DNA of 64,000 bases from Nitrososphaeria archaeon (GTDB taxonomy: Archaea > Thermoproteota > Nitrososphaeria > JACIWG01): assembly GCA_963752255.1 (NCBI GenBank), contig CAVVXT010000014.1:146022-210021 (forward strand), written 5' to 3'. Position numbers and translations under genes: made by a program. This document shows positions 19,896 to 29,349 of the stretch, piece by piece. Position 1 is the first letter of the stretch, and every line of letters starts with the position of its first letter. A model generated the notes under the pieces. It made no database searches. It saw only the letters and a program-made list of their open reading frames with translations, and was not told the origin of the DNA.

Positions 19896-20933
19896 TCACC
19901 CTGCAAGGGCCTCAAGTAGATCTTTCTGCTCCACTTCCCTGACCACAACCTTCCCTATCCGCTCTGGTAGAACGAGCACCGTTTTTCCGTACCAAGCTTT
20001 CTTATCCTTCAGCGTTTCTTCGACTATTTTCCTCCTCTCTAGCCTTGTCGAAATGGGTAGGCCAAACTTTTTCAGAATATTCTCCACCTCCTTTTTCTGC
20101 TCGAATCCGATCATCTTTTCTGCAACATTGCACGCCATCATGATACCTATTGAAACTGCGAAGCCATGTCTTATCTTGTAATTTGACATCTTTTCTATAG
20201 GGTGACCAAAGGTGTGGCCGAAGTTTAAGATTCTGCGAAGGCCCCCTTCTCTCTCATCTCTTTCCACTACATCAACCTTCATAGAGATACATCTTTCTAC
20301 AATTTTCTGTATGATTTCTTGATCCTTTGCCAGAACCTTTCCAGCATTATCTTCAAGGAATCTGAAGAAATTTTCATCAAATACAACCGCGTATTTGACT
20401 ACTTCAGCTAAACCGTTCAAAAATTCCGCCGTAGGCAAGGTGTCTAGGAATTGCGTGTCAACCAAAATAAACTTGGGCTGATAAAAGGTTCCAACAGTAT
20501 TTTTTCTTTTGAAGTTCACTCCAGTTTTACCCCCTATGCCTGCATCAACTTGTGAAAGCAATGTTGTTGGCACCTGGGCAAAATCCATCCCACGCATAAA
20601 AGTTGACGCAGCGAAACCCGTTACGTCGCCTATTATCCCACCGCCTAAGGCTATAAGTAGGGATTTTCGTGTGAAATCTTTTTCAATAAGTTTTTTCCAA
20701 ATTAATTCCGCAGTAGCCAAACTCTTGTATCTCTCTCCATCGTCGATTTCGATCATTTCTAAATTGTTATCTGAGTCGATGAACTCAGCCACTTTATCTA
20801 GCCAGAAGGATGCAATAGTCCTGTTTGTCACAATACAAACCTTTGAAGGACTTATTTTTTCAATTTCTGCATTTATCTGATTTAGCACATTCCTTCCAAC
20901 CACTATGCTGCTGAACTTACTTTTTATCTTCAC
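19896..20933 (-). CDS. aroB: 3-dehydroquinate synthase (bacterial type)
   Basis: GGGIIGD, PTTLLSQVD, GGKTG, LNFGHTFGH. Confidence 0.95.
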   Translation of the reverse strand: MKIKSKFSSIVVGRNVLNQINAEIEKISPSKVCIVTNRTIASFWLDKVAEFIDSDNNLEMIEIDDGERYKSLATAELIWKKLIEKDFTRKSLLIALGGGIIGDVTGFAASTFMRGMDFAQVPTTLLSQVDAGIGGKTGVNFKRKNTVGTFYQPKFILVDTQFLDTLPTAEFLNGLAEVVKYAVVFDENFFRFLEDNAGKVLAKDQEIIQKIVERCISMKVDVVERDEREGGLRRILNFGHTFGHPIEKMSNYKIRHGFAVSIGIMMACNVAEKMIGFEQKKEVENILKKFGLPISTRLERRKIVEETLKDKKAWYGKTVLVLPERIGKVVVREVEQKDLLEALAG

Positions 20934-21721
20934 TTTAATTCATCCAACTCATGCATCAACTCTTTGAAAGCATCAAAATCGAGCTGCTGTTTGTTGTCGC
21001 TCAATGCATGTTTAGGGTCTGGATGCACTTCGATTATGAGGCCGTCTGAGCCTATTACCTTAGACGCCTTAGCTAAAGGTTTAACAAGGTCACTGGAGCC
21101 AGCGGCGTGCGAAGGATCGACTACCACCGGCAGGCTTGAGAGCTTCTTGATTATTGGTATCGACGCTAAATCTAAAGTGAACCTGGTTTCCGTTACAAAG
21201 GTTCTGATCCCTCTTTCGCATAAAATTACGTCGTGGTTACCTTCGCTCATAACATACTCAGCCGCGCTAAGCCATTCCTCTAACGTCGCGCTAATTCCCC
21301 TTTTCACTATAACTGGTCTGTTGGCCTTTCCAACTTCCTTTAACAAGGCGAAGTTTTGCATGTTTCTTGCACCTACTTGAACTACATCAGCTATTTCGCA
21401 GACCCGTCTTACATCACGTGGATCAAGGACCTCTGTGACAACAGGTATATTCACCTCATCCTTCACCTTCTTCACAATGGCTAATCCATTAATGCCAAGG
21501 CCTTGAAAGGAATAAGGAGAAGTTCTTGGTTTGAACACCATCGCCCGAAGAAGGTGAGCACCGCAAGCTTTAACAAATTGGGCAGTGTTGAGCAATTGCT
21601 CCCTAGATTCTACAGAGCAAGGCCCTGCCACAATTGTGAAGTCTTTTCCTATTCTTAAGTCGCCGACCTTTATCTCCCTTTCTTTTTTTTCTAAGACAAG
21701 CTTTAGGTCCATTTTTTTCAC
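20930..21721 (-). CDS. aroF: DAHP synthase type I-beta
   Basis: AGPCSVES, FKPRTSPYSFQG, GARNMQN, CERG, DPSH. Confidence 0.95.
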   Translation of the reverse strand: MKKMDLKLVLEKKEREIKVGDLRIGKDFTIVAGPCSVESREQLLNTAQFVKACGAHLLRAMVFKPRTSPYSFQGLGINGLAIVKKVKDEVNIPVVTEVLDPRDVRRVCEIADVVQVGARNMQNFALLKEVGKANRPVIVKRGISATLEEWLSAAEYVMSEGNHDVILCERGIRTFVTETRFTLDLASIPIIKKLSSLPVVVDPSHAAGSSDLVKPLAKASKVIGSDGLIIEVHPDPKHALSDNKQQLDFDAFKELMHELDELK

Positions 21722-22641
21722 TTTATAAAGGATGAAATCTGCTTGGTTATACCATCAACGTCTAGTTCGAGCTTTTGTAAGAGTTCTTGGTAGTCCCTTG
21801 AAGATTCGCCGAACATATCAGCCACGCCTATTCTCTTCACCCTTATGCCGTGTTCGGAGAGTGCTTCACAGACCGCAGACCCCAATCCGCCGATGATGTT
21901 GTGCTCCTCTATTGTTACCACTCTCCCAGAGTTTTTGCAGATTTGTATCAGCTTTTCATCCATAGGCTTTATTGTGTGAAGATCGACAACGGACGATTTT
22001 AAACCCTTCTTAGCCAACTTTTTGCTTACATGCAGGGCGAAAGAAACCATTACGCCGCATGCAACTAGAACAAGGTCATCTCCATCTTCCAAGACTTTAG
22101 CCTCTCCCAATTTGACTTCGTCTTCGTCTACGTAGATATTAGGACAGAAGTCTCTGCCAATTCTCATGTAGACCGGCCCCTTGGCCATCACAGCCTGTTC
22201 AAGGAGACCACGTGTAGACGCGGCATCAGAAGGTATGATAACCCTCATACCTGGTATTACTCTCATCAGGGCAATATCCTCTAGGCACTGATGAGATGAG
22301 CCATCAGAAAAATCGCTCAACCCACCGTGTGTGGTTACGATCTTGACATTTAGATTATCCCTTGCTATAGTATTCCTTATCTGCTCCCACGCTCTTAGGA
22401 TAAACATCGAAAATGCTGTAGCCACAGGGATCATCCCTTCCAATGATAGGCCCGCGGCTATTCCTATCATATCTTGTTCACTTATCCCCACGTTTATGAA
22501 TCGGTCTGGGAACCTCTGTCTAAACAAAGCTGTCTTAGTTGAATCCCCAACATCTGAATCTAAGACTATCAGCTGCCTATTCCTTTTCCCAAGTTCCTGC
22601 AGCTTTTCCCCTAACGCATTTCTAAAGCTTTCAGCTTTCAT
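21718..22641 (-). CDS. Transketolase C-terminal subunit
   Basis: GISEQ, DGSSHQ, GPVYMR, EEHNIIGGLG. Confidence 0.94.
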   Translation of the reverse strand: MKAESFRNALGEKLQELGKRNRQLIVLDSDVGDSTKTALFRQRFPDRFINVGISEQDMIGIAAGLSLEGMIPVATAFSMFILRAWEQIRNTIARDNLNVKIVTTHGGLSDFSDGSSHQCLEDIALMRVIPGMRVIIPSDAASTRGLLEQAVMAKGPVYMRIGRDFCPNIYVDEDEVKLGEAKVLEDGDDLVLVACGVMVSFALHVSKKLAKKGLKSSVVDLHTIKPMDEKLIQICKNSGRVVTIEEHNIIGGLGSAVCEALSEHGIRVKRIGVADMFGESSRDYQELLQKLELDVDGITKQISSFIK

Positions 22642-23794
22642 TTATATCAATCACCGCTCTTTCGTACTCCTCAGGTGTTGGGACGTAGTGAAAAAGGTTT
22701 TTCTTAAACGACTTTATTCCCCCACTCCTCTCGGTTAAAGCGATAACAACCACAGGTCTAGTCTGGTTTGACTTGAGTTGCTCAAATATACGTACAAGTT
22801 TTTCCGGGTCATGCCCATCCGTAACCATCGTTTCCCATCCAAAAGATGACCATTTTTCCTCAAGTGGCTCTAGCCTTTTTATTTCTTCCGTGTTACCGTT
22901 CAGTTGGAGAAGATTTCTATCGACTATCGCGATAAGGTTATCCAGTGTATGATGTGCACCACTCATAGCGGCTTCCCATATCTGGCCTTCGTTTAGCTCA
23001 CCGTCCCCTAACAGAACTATGACTTTTCCTTCTTCCCCCTTGATCTTTTTACCCAAAGCTATACCTACTCCAATGGATAATCCCTGGCCAAGCGATCCTG
23101 TTGAGACCAAAGCTTCCGGCAAATATTTCCTCTCAGGGTGACTTTGCAGCCTTGAACCAAGACTCCCAAGAGACAACAGCTCTTCCTCGTCGATCGCTTT
23201 CTCTTCAGCTAGCATCGCATATAACGCGGAAGCAGCATGTCCCTTGCTCAAAACGAGAGAATTACAGCTATTCATTATGTTTGGTGAAAACACTCGGAAG
23301 ATAGATGCGATCAAATCGCTTGCCGATAGAGAAGAAGGAAGGTGACCTACCCCTGTGGAAAATCCCTGCTTCAAAACCTTTGTTTTTGCGCCCTTGAAAG
23401 CTTGGTCCTCGCTAAACGATTTCTTGGAAACATGTTCCTTTAAGGGAACAAGCATGTCGACGAGCATTCTTCCAGTCGCCGTAAGCTTAATCGGCCTAGT
23501 TTTACCTGCTGTGTAATAGGTTAACAGACCGAATTCCCTAAGAATTCTTGAATTAAGTTTAAGGCTTGATAAAGAAACGTCTGAAGCCTTCGATAATTTT
23601 CTGAGAAACGAAGAAGCAGGTAGGTTTCGGCTTCCCTTAATGTTTGAAAGAATAAGTAATTGGTCTTCATTAAGAGCATTAAGTAAATGTTTTGCGAGTG
23701 CTACTCTGTTGTTTAAGGATATTGGTTTTCCATTTCCACTCTCACTTAACGAAATTGGCTACCCATGCCCACTCTCTTCTAAAGTTCCTAGCAA
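22631..23794 (-). CDS. Winged-HTH domain fused to transketolase N-terminal (ThDP-binding) subunit; one in-frame TAG at 23761-23759
   Basis: TK motifs LSKGHA, STGSLGQG, GDGELNEG. The frame stays open for 97 codons upstream of the tracked ATG 23467 and encodes LNEDQLLILSNI...FLRKLSKASDVSLSSLKLNSRILREFGLLTY...PIKLTATGRMLV. An in-frame TTG lies at 23794. Confidence 0.75.
23711..23776 (-). repeat. Imperfect 33-bp tandem duplication at the 5' end of the wHTH-TK gene
   Basis: GAGAGTGGGCATGGGTAGCCAATTTCGTTAAGT versus GAGAGTGGAAATGGAAAACCAATATCCTTAAAC, 24/33 identical. Confidence 0.75.
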
Positions 23795-23861
23795 AGGGGT
23801 TTAAAAATGTTACTAACATTCAGAGCACATAGATATAAAACAGACGGAAAACTGCATCCAC

Positions 23862-23930
23862 TAGCGTTTTAAAATAGTTAACGTAGATTAAGTGAAAACC
23901 AAATCTGCATGATCATGTAGTAAAACGCTA
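23862..23930. promoter_or_regulatory. Nested inverted repeats between divergent aro operon and V4R gene
   Basis: TAGCGTTTTA (23862-23871) / TAAAACGCTA (23921-23930); internal palindrome CATGATCATG (23908-23917). Confidence 0.5.
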
Positions 23931-23971
23931 AACATTTTATGCGCAACACTTAAAAGGTTAAAAGAGATGTA

Positions 23972-25045
23972 ATGTATTGGGCGCTGAAATTGTCTGTTAA
24001 ACCTTTTGATGAAACCGAAGCCCTTGAAGCTGTAGACCAGATCGTCGGCAAGTCTCAGTACGTCAATTATATATCAAGGCAGGCGTACAAATCAATAGAA
24101 GAAGCTCTTAAAAAGTCTCTAGAAAGGTCAAGGGTTGTAATCCCTGTCACGGACCCTACTCGTGTGATTTTAAGGGGGACCACATTCCAAATGCTGCTAG
24201 ATGGGATAAGGAATTATGTAGGTCCAGATGAGCATAAGAAACTTCTTCGAATGTTGGGGGAAGAAATAGGAGAAAGTTTCGGACATGCCCTCATCGAAAC
24301 GCTCAAACAAAAGGGAAGACTTCCTAAAACAAGTAAGACTATACTCGTCGTTTGGTCAATTTTTGATAGCTCCGCCAGATGGGGGGATATATCAGTAGAT
24401 CTATTTGATGAAACGAGAAAGCGTGCGGAAATAAGGGTGAGCAAGAATTTCCTAACAAGTGGTTACGAACATGACAGACACCGTCATTGCTCCTTTTTTG
24501 AGGGCTACATAATGGGCGTAGCTAATCAAGCGTTCATGGAATGGGGGAGGTGGGTCAAAGGATTATATCCTTCCTCAAGCATTCTTTTATGCGAATCCAT
24601 AGTGGAAACACAACAAAATGAAAACTGTATTTTCAGTATGAAATTTAAGGAGGAAGAGTTGACTGGGGCCTGTGACAGGTTAGTTGAAGCTATTAAAATG
24701 CATGATAATGGTAAATGGGAAGAATCTGTAAAACTTTCCTCAGAAAGCTTGGAAACTGCTTTAAAGGAAAAGGTTGATTGGACCAACGGGAAGTTTAGCT
24801 TTAGCCGAGCCTTAACAGTCTTCCCTAAAGTCTCAGTAACTTTACCTTCGTCTAATCAAGCGATCAAATTTAACAAGTTCGCAGGTGAAGTTGTACGTCA
24901 TAAACTGGGGCGTGTGGTTACAGACGAAGATTCTCATGCATTTGTTGTTTTCGCAAGAAGGTTCATCACTGAACTAGAAGAAATTCGGTTAGGAGAAAGG
25001 TTAAGGACACTTGTTAAAAGGTCCATTCAGACAGATAAGGGTTAG
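23972..25045 (+). CDS. V4R (4-vinyl reductase/Bet3-like) domain plus C-terminal HEPN-like helical domain
   Basis: G..IG..F, WG, HCSFFEGYIMG, E...C.F (V4R-like); LVEAIKMHDNGKWEESVKLSSESLETALK...RH...VTDEDSHAFVVFARRFI (HEPN-like). Confidence 0.6.
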   Translation: MYWALKLSVKPFDETEALEAVDQIVGKSQYVNYISRQAYKSIEEALKKSLERSRVVIPVTDPTRVILRGTTFQMLLDGIRNYVGPDEHKKLLRMLGEEIGESFGHALIETLKQKGRLPKTSKTILVVWSIFDSSARWGDISVDLFDETRKRAEIRVSKNFLTSGYEHDRHRHCSFFEGYIMGVANQAFMEWGRWVKGLYPSSSILLCESIVETQQNENCIFSMKFKEEELTGACDRLVEAIKMHDNGKWEESVKLSSESLETALKEKVDWTNGKFSFSRALTVFPKVSVTLPSSNQAIKFNKFAGEVVRHKLGRVVTDEDSHAFVVFARRFITELEEIRLGERLRTLVKRSIQTDKG

Positions 25046-25219
25046 ACAGCTATAGTCGTCCTACAAGAAATGATAATAAATTTTTTTAACAGAGAATCCT
25101 CAACTTTAGACTCGTCTAGGAGAGCATTTGTCTTTACTTCAGAATGCAATAAACGGTTTACGCAGATGGAGAAAAAGGTAAAAATTATCTAGTAACTTTA
25201 TTATAAGTGTCTTGGAATG

Positions 25220-26121
25220 TTATCGAATTCTAAGGTCTTTACTTTCACTTCTGCTCTTCAATAGGTAGGCTAAAGATATTATAATTACGGCAGCAATTAA
25301 TAATCCATAGACAATCAGTATTATGGAGTCCGATTCCGAGCTCGGCGGAGAACCTGCTAACGGAGTTTGATAGGAACTTGCTTCAGTTGACATTCCAATA
25401 TCGCTATTGTTACAGTTAACATTCCAAAACCTAGAGCTGGAGCTAGTAGTTGTTGCCATTGTGCTGTGGTAGGGTAAGTAGGTGTTTAAGGGGTTGTTGT
25501 TGTGGTTGATGTTATTCCAGTTGTTAAAGTTATTGGTTGTTCCACAGGATATTCAGAACCAGTTGGTAACGTTATTGTTGTTGGGGTTGTTGATGTAGTA
25601 AAGGTTGATGTTGTAGTTGTCGTCGGTAATGTGCTCGTTACAGTTGTAGGCATCTTACTATCGTCCAAAACCGCGACGGATGCAGAAGAGCCGTCAAAAC
25701 ATTTGACAAAATAGCGCCCTCCAGGTATGTCCTTCGGTGTTGGGATGTTGATCCAATTGTCACCTATGTAGATACCGCTTGAGAGTGTGGTTGTGGGATT
25801 ACGTAGATCGACAACGTTAAAAGTCGGTGAGAATCTGAAGTCGCCAGCTGAAATCTGAGAGAAGCCGTCTGCACTCCATACTAAATAGAATTGGCTGCCT
25901 GAAAAAGTTACCTGCGCAAAGTTAAGGGTTAAGTTTTCCCCCACAGTAATATATACGGGTAAAGTCGATATGATATGGGTTTGAGGAGGTACCCCAACAA
26001 GTATGTTTCCAGACGACGCGTTCGCGACCTTGACGAAGGATAAGAATGATATAAAAGTAACTGGAAGCAGTAATGCTAGTATTATGACTGTTTCCTTTTT
26101 ATTTAGTTTTTGCACCTTCAA
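25220..26121 (-). CDS. Secreted/cell-surface protein with Thr-rich linker and C-terminal membrane anchor (split near 25486)
   Basis: Signal peptide and a domain paralogous to 27773..29212. The T-rich tail stops at 25486; the TM helix plus basic tail lie in ORF 25220..25459. Confidence 0.7.
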
Positions 26122-26194
26122 CTTAGACAGCTGCTAATAATAAAGTAGCACACTAACTGCTATTTAATCTTTTGATTATATTTGCAGTGTTGTT

Positions 26195-26584
26195 TTAAAA
26201 AAATTTTATTTTAGTTACGGGTTTGCTCAGAGAATATATTAAGTCGGCTCTTCTCAGTAAAGTCCAATCGTAACCGACCTCTATGGACTGAATAAAATCT
26301 ATTATCTTCCTCTCATGTTCAAGCTTATAGATCGTGAACATCAAAATGACCGCCGAATTATCAGATTCAATTTTTAGGCTCAACATTATTCCCAACCTAG
26401 CATATTTTTTGAGGGAAACCTTCAGCTTATCAAGCCTCGTGGGGACAACGTTTGATGCAGAAAAAGTGACATAGTGTTCGAACCTATTTTCTGTGAGACC
26501 CCTTCTGAGGTACATTATAAATAAATCTTTAGAGGACAGGGCAAGGTGTGGCCAGTCGGCCTCCGACCTCCTTGGTTCTTCCAT
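26195..26584 (-). CDS. Hypothetical protein
   Basis: 129-aa ATG ORF; no motif recognised. Confidence 0.55.
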   Translation of the reverse strand: MEEPRRSEADWPHLALSSKDLFIMYLRRGLTENRFEHYVTFSASNVVPTRLDKLKVSLKKYARLGIMLSLKIESDNSAVILMFTIYKLEHERKIIDFIQSIEVGYDWTLLRRADLIYSLSKPVTKIKFF

Positions 26585-26702
26585 TCGATTACATTATCTA
26601 TAGGCCCCACTTTTTGGGCTAGGAACCCTGTCAGACCTTGAAAATGTTTTCGCCAAATTTTTTATATCGTGTTCCAGTTATAGTCTGGTAGAGTGGTAAA
26701 TA

Positions 26703-27623
26703 ATGAGAATTTTCAAGCCGACTAAATATTATAGTACATATAGCGCCTTACATCCGCCAGCCTTTGAAGTGGAGCCTGGTGAAACATTCACGGTCGAAAC
26801 CGCAGACGCATATAGAGGGAAAATTAGGTCAGAATCAGACCTGCCAACCCCCGATAGAATACCTTCCGAGAATGGTAATCCGCAAAGTGGTCCGATCTAC
26901 GTCAAAGGCGCAGAAAAAGGGGATGTGCTTTCTGTTGAAATAGTCGATATAGTGGTTAATGCAAACCACGGTGCGACAACGATAGCCCCGGATATGGGGG
27001 CTTTAACGCGCACGAACAATACAAGATTATTAAATGATCCTCTTCCACCAATTACAAGGATATGTCCTATAAAAGATGGTAAGATCTACTTCTCAAATAG
27101 AATTATAATACCTATGGAACCTATGATAGGGACAATTGGGACCGCTCCCGAATTTGAGTCAATAACGAGCTTATCGCCTGGTCCTTATGGGGGAAATATG
27201 GACTGCCCCGATATATGTATCGGCAACAAAATCATGTTACCAGTCAACGTTAAAGGTGCTCTTCTCTTCGTTGGAGACGTCCACGCGGTTCAAGGCGATG
27301 GGGAAATCTCTGGTTCAGCAATAGAAGTGCCTGCGGCATGCGTTTTGAAAGCCGATTTGATCAAAAAAAGAAAGATAAACTGGCCACGGATAGAATCAAA
27401 AGATTACATCATGACGGTTGGTAGCAGTAGACCATTAGAAGATGCCTCAAGAATCGCACTCACTGAACTGATACTCTGGCTTGAGGGAGAATATAAATTC
27501 GATAAACTTGAAGCATACCAGCTTTGCAGTCAAGTCGCAAAGATGAGGGTAGCGCAAATGGTCGATCCTCTCTATACCATCGTCGCAAAGTTTCCAAAAA
27601 AATATCTTCCCAGAATTACATAA
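26703..27623 (+). CDS. Acetamidase/formamidase family protein
   Basis: NPQSGPIYVKGA, PMIGTIG, GGNMD, GDVHAVQGDGE. Confidence 0.93.
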   Translation: MRIFKPTKYYSTYSALHPPAFEVEPGETFTVETADAYRGKIRSESDLPTPDRIPSENGNPQSGPIYVKGAEKGDVLSVEIVDIVVNANHGATTIAPDMGALTRTNNTRLLNDPLPPITRICPIKDGKIYFSNRIIIPMEPMIGTIGTAPEFESITSLSPGPYGGNMDCPDICIGNKIMLPVNVKGALLFVGDVHAVQGDGEISGSAIEVPAACVLKADLIKKRKINWPRIESKDYIMTVGSSRPLEDASRIALTELILWLEGEYKFDKLEAYQLCSQVAKMRVAQMVDPLYTIVAKFPKKYLPRIT

Positions 27624-27772
27624 CACCAAATTTCTCTGTCCCAAAATCCAGGTGTAAAAAATTGGAAAAGGGAATACCCTTGTTCTTAATCATAATTAAG
27701 TAGAGGCAGCTGGCTTCAAATATGTTAAGGTTTTGTAGACTAGGTTACCGAACCAGCTCAGATTTCCTATGT

Positions 27773-29212
27773 CTATTTTCTTCTACTCCTTAATAGAAGG
27801 ATTGCGGCAGCCGCCACTATCGCAATAAATATCACTAGGACAGCAGGTATTAGTAAATTTGATTCAGGACCAGATGGTGTAGTTGTTGATGTAGTTGAGG
27901 TGGAGGTTGTTGTCGTAGACGGCGTGCTTGTTGTAGTAGAGGTTGAAGTTGTTGTAGATGTTGTTGAAGTTGTAGATGCCGAAGTTTGACTGGTTTTTGT
28001 ACTTGTAGATTGGGTTGTAGTTGAAGGGCTTGTCGCAGTTGTAGTAGTTGTTATAGTTACTGTTGAAGTTGTTGTAGTTGGTATCGTCGTAGTAATCGTT
28101 TTTGTGGTTGTAGTGGTGGTTGTGCTCGTCGTTGTAGTCGTCGTGGTTGACACCGTAGTCGTCGTTGTAGAAGTTGTTGTAGTTGTAGTTTGATTAACTG
28201 CGTCTTCCAACGTAATTCTATGTGTTCCTATCGATGTTATAGGCACCCTCACTGTCGTGTTAAAGAATCCTGAGCTGTTCGTCTGCGCTGTGCCCATGGT
28301 CGCATTATCAAAATAGATGGTTACAACCGGTGGGTGAAAGTAATTGCCTGCGATTCTAAGAGAATCGTTGACATGAACCTGGACCGTAGCGAACCCTGTA
28401 TTGTTGCCGAACATGTCGCCGGGAAGGGGATAAACGTTACCAACCTGAAGAAGGCCCCTTCTGCCTTCCATATAATCGGCTTCGGCTTGGTATCCTGTTG
28501 CAGTGTCATTACTAAAAAACTTGATCACATCGAATGTTATCGGATTTTCTCCAGCTGGCATCCACTGTTTTAGGTCCGGAGCTGTAGTTGCGTATGCGAA
28601 ATGACCTTGTGCGTCGGTTGATACTGTCGCAAGCGTTTTATTCACAGCTGCAATGGGGTCATAATAGGTTAACTTCACAGCACTGTTTGCGATAAAAGCA
28701 GTGCCTTTTAGAGAAATTGGAGAGCCTCCTGCCCCCTTTGTAAATGGGGTGACTTCTAGTATTGAGAGCATGTCAACGTAGTTGTTTGAAACTGCCACAG
28801 ATGTTGCGCTACCGTCAAAACATTTTACGTAGTAGTGTCCACCAACCACCGCCGTTGGTATCGAAATGTTAACCCAATTGTTGCCTACATAGATGCCGTT
28901 TGAGAGCTTTCTGGATCCATGTAGGTCAACGATGTTAAAAATTGGTGAAAACTTGAAGTCGCCTATTGAGATCGAAGAGAAGCCGTCTGCACTCCATACC
29001 AAATAGAACTGGCCACCTGAAAAGGTCACGGCTCCAAAGTAAACACTAATGTTTCCACCTGCACGTACGCTTACAACAGGGGCAGGCAGCGTGGTTAGAC
29101 CAATAAGTATGTTTCCTGTAGACGCCTTCGAAGCAGGCGTGAATGGGAAGAAAGCTATGAACATTGTTGAAATAAGTATCGTGAGAAATATTACAGTCTT
29201 AGTCTTTTTCAT
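27773..29212 (-). CDS. S-layer-like surface glycoprotein with long Thr/Ser-rich stalk and C-terminal TM anchor
   Basis: Signal peptide, beta-rich domains with N-x-T/S sequons, ~100-aa T/S tract, hydrophobic helix followed by RSRRK. Confidence 0.85.
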   Translation of the reverse strand: MKKTKTVIFLTILISTMFIAFFPFTPASKASTGNILIGLTTLPAPVVSVRAGGNISVYFGAVTFSGGQFYLVWSADGFSSISIGDFKFSPIFNIVDLHGSRKLSNGIYVGNNWVNISIPTAVVGGHYYVKCFDGSATSVAVSNNYVDMLSILEVTPFTKGAGGSPISLKGTAFIANSAVKLTYYDPIAAVNKTLATVSTDAQGHFAYATTAPDLKQWMPAGENPITFDVIKFFSNDTATGYQAEADYMEGRRGLLQVGNVYPLPGDMFGNNTGFATVQVHVNDSLRIAGNYFHPPVVTIYFDNATMGTAQTNSSGFFNTTVRVPITSIGTHRITLEDAVNQTTTTTTSTTTTTVSTTTTTTTSTTTTTTTKTITTTIPTTTTSTVTITTTTTATSPSTTTQSTSTKTSQTSASTTSTTSTTTSTSTTTSTPSTTTTSTSTTSTTTPSGPESNLLIPAVLVIFIAIVAAAAILLLRSRRK

Positions 29213-29349
29213 ATCTTCTTTACACCTTCGTACATAGACAGTCTTTAAGAAAACCGCATGCTTGTTATTTATCCTTTTACCATTTAAAAAAAGTAGAAAA
29301 GTAGAAATTAAAAGATTTTGTCGATATTGATTATTAACTTTTTGATTTC

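Noticed and set aside
27870-28195. GTT/GTA-rich low-complexity tract
   Set aside because: Fully explained by the Thr/Ser stalk codons of the surface protein.
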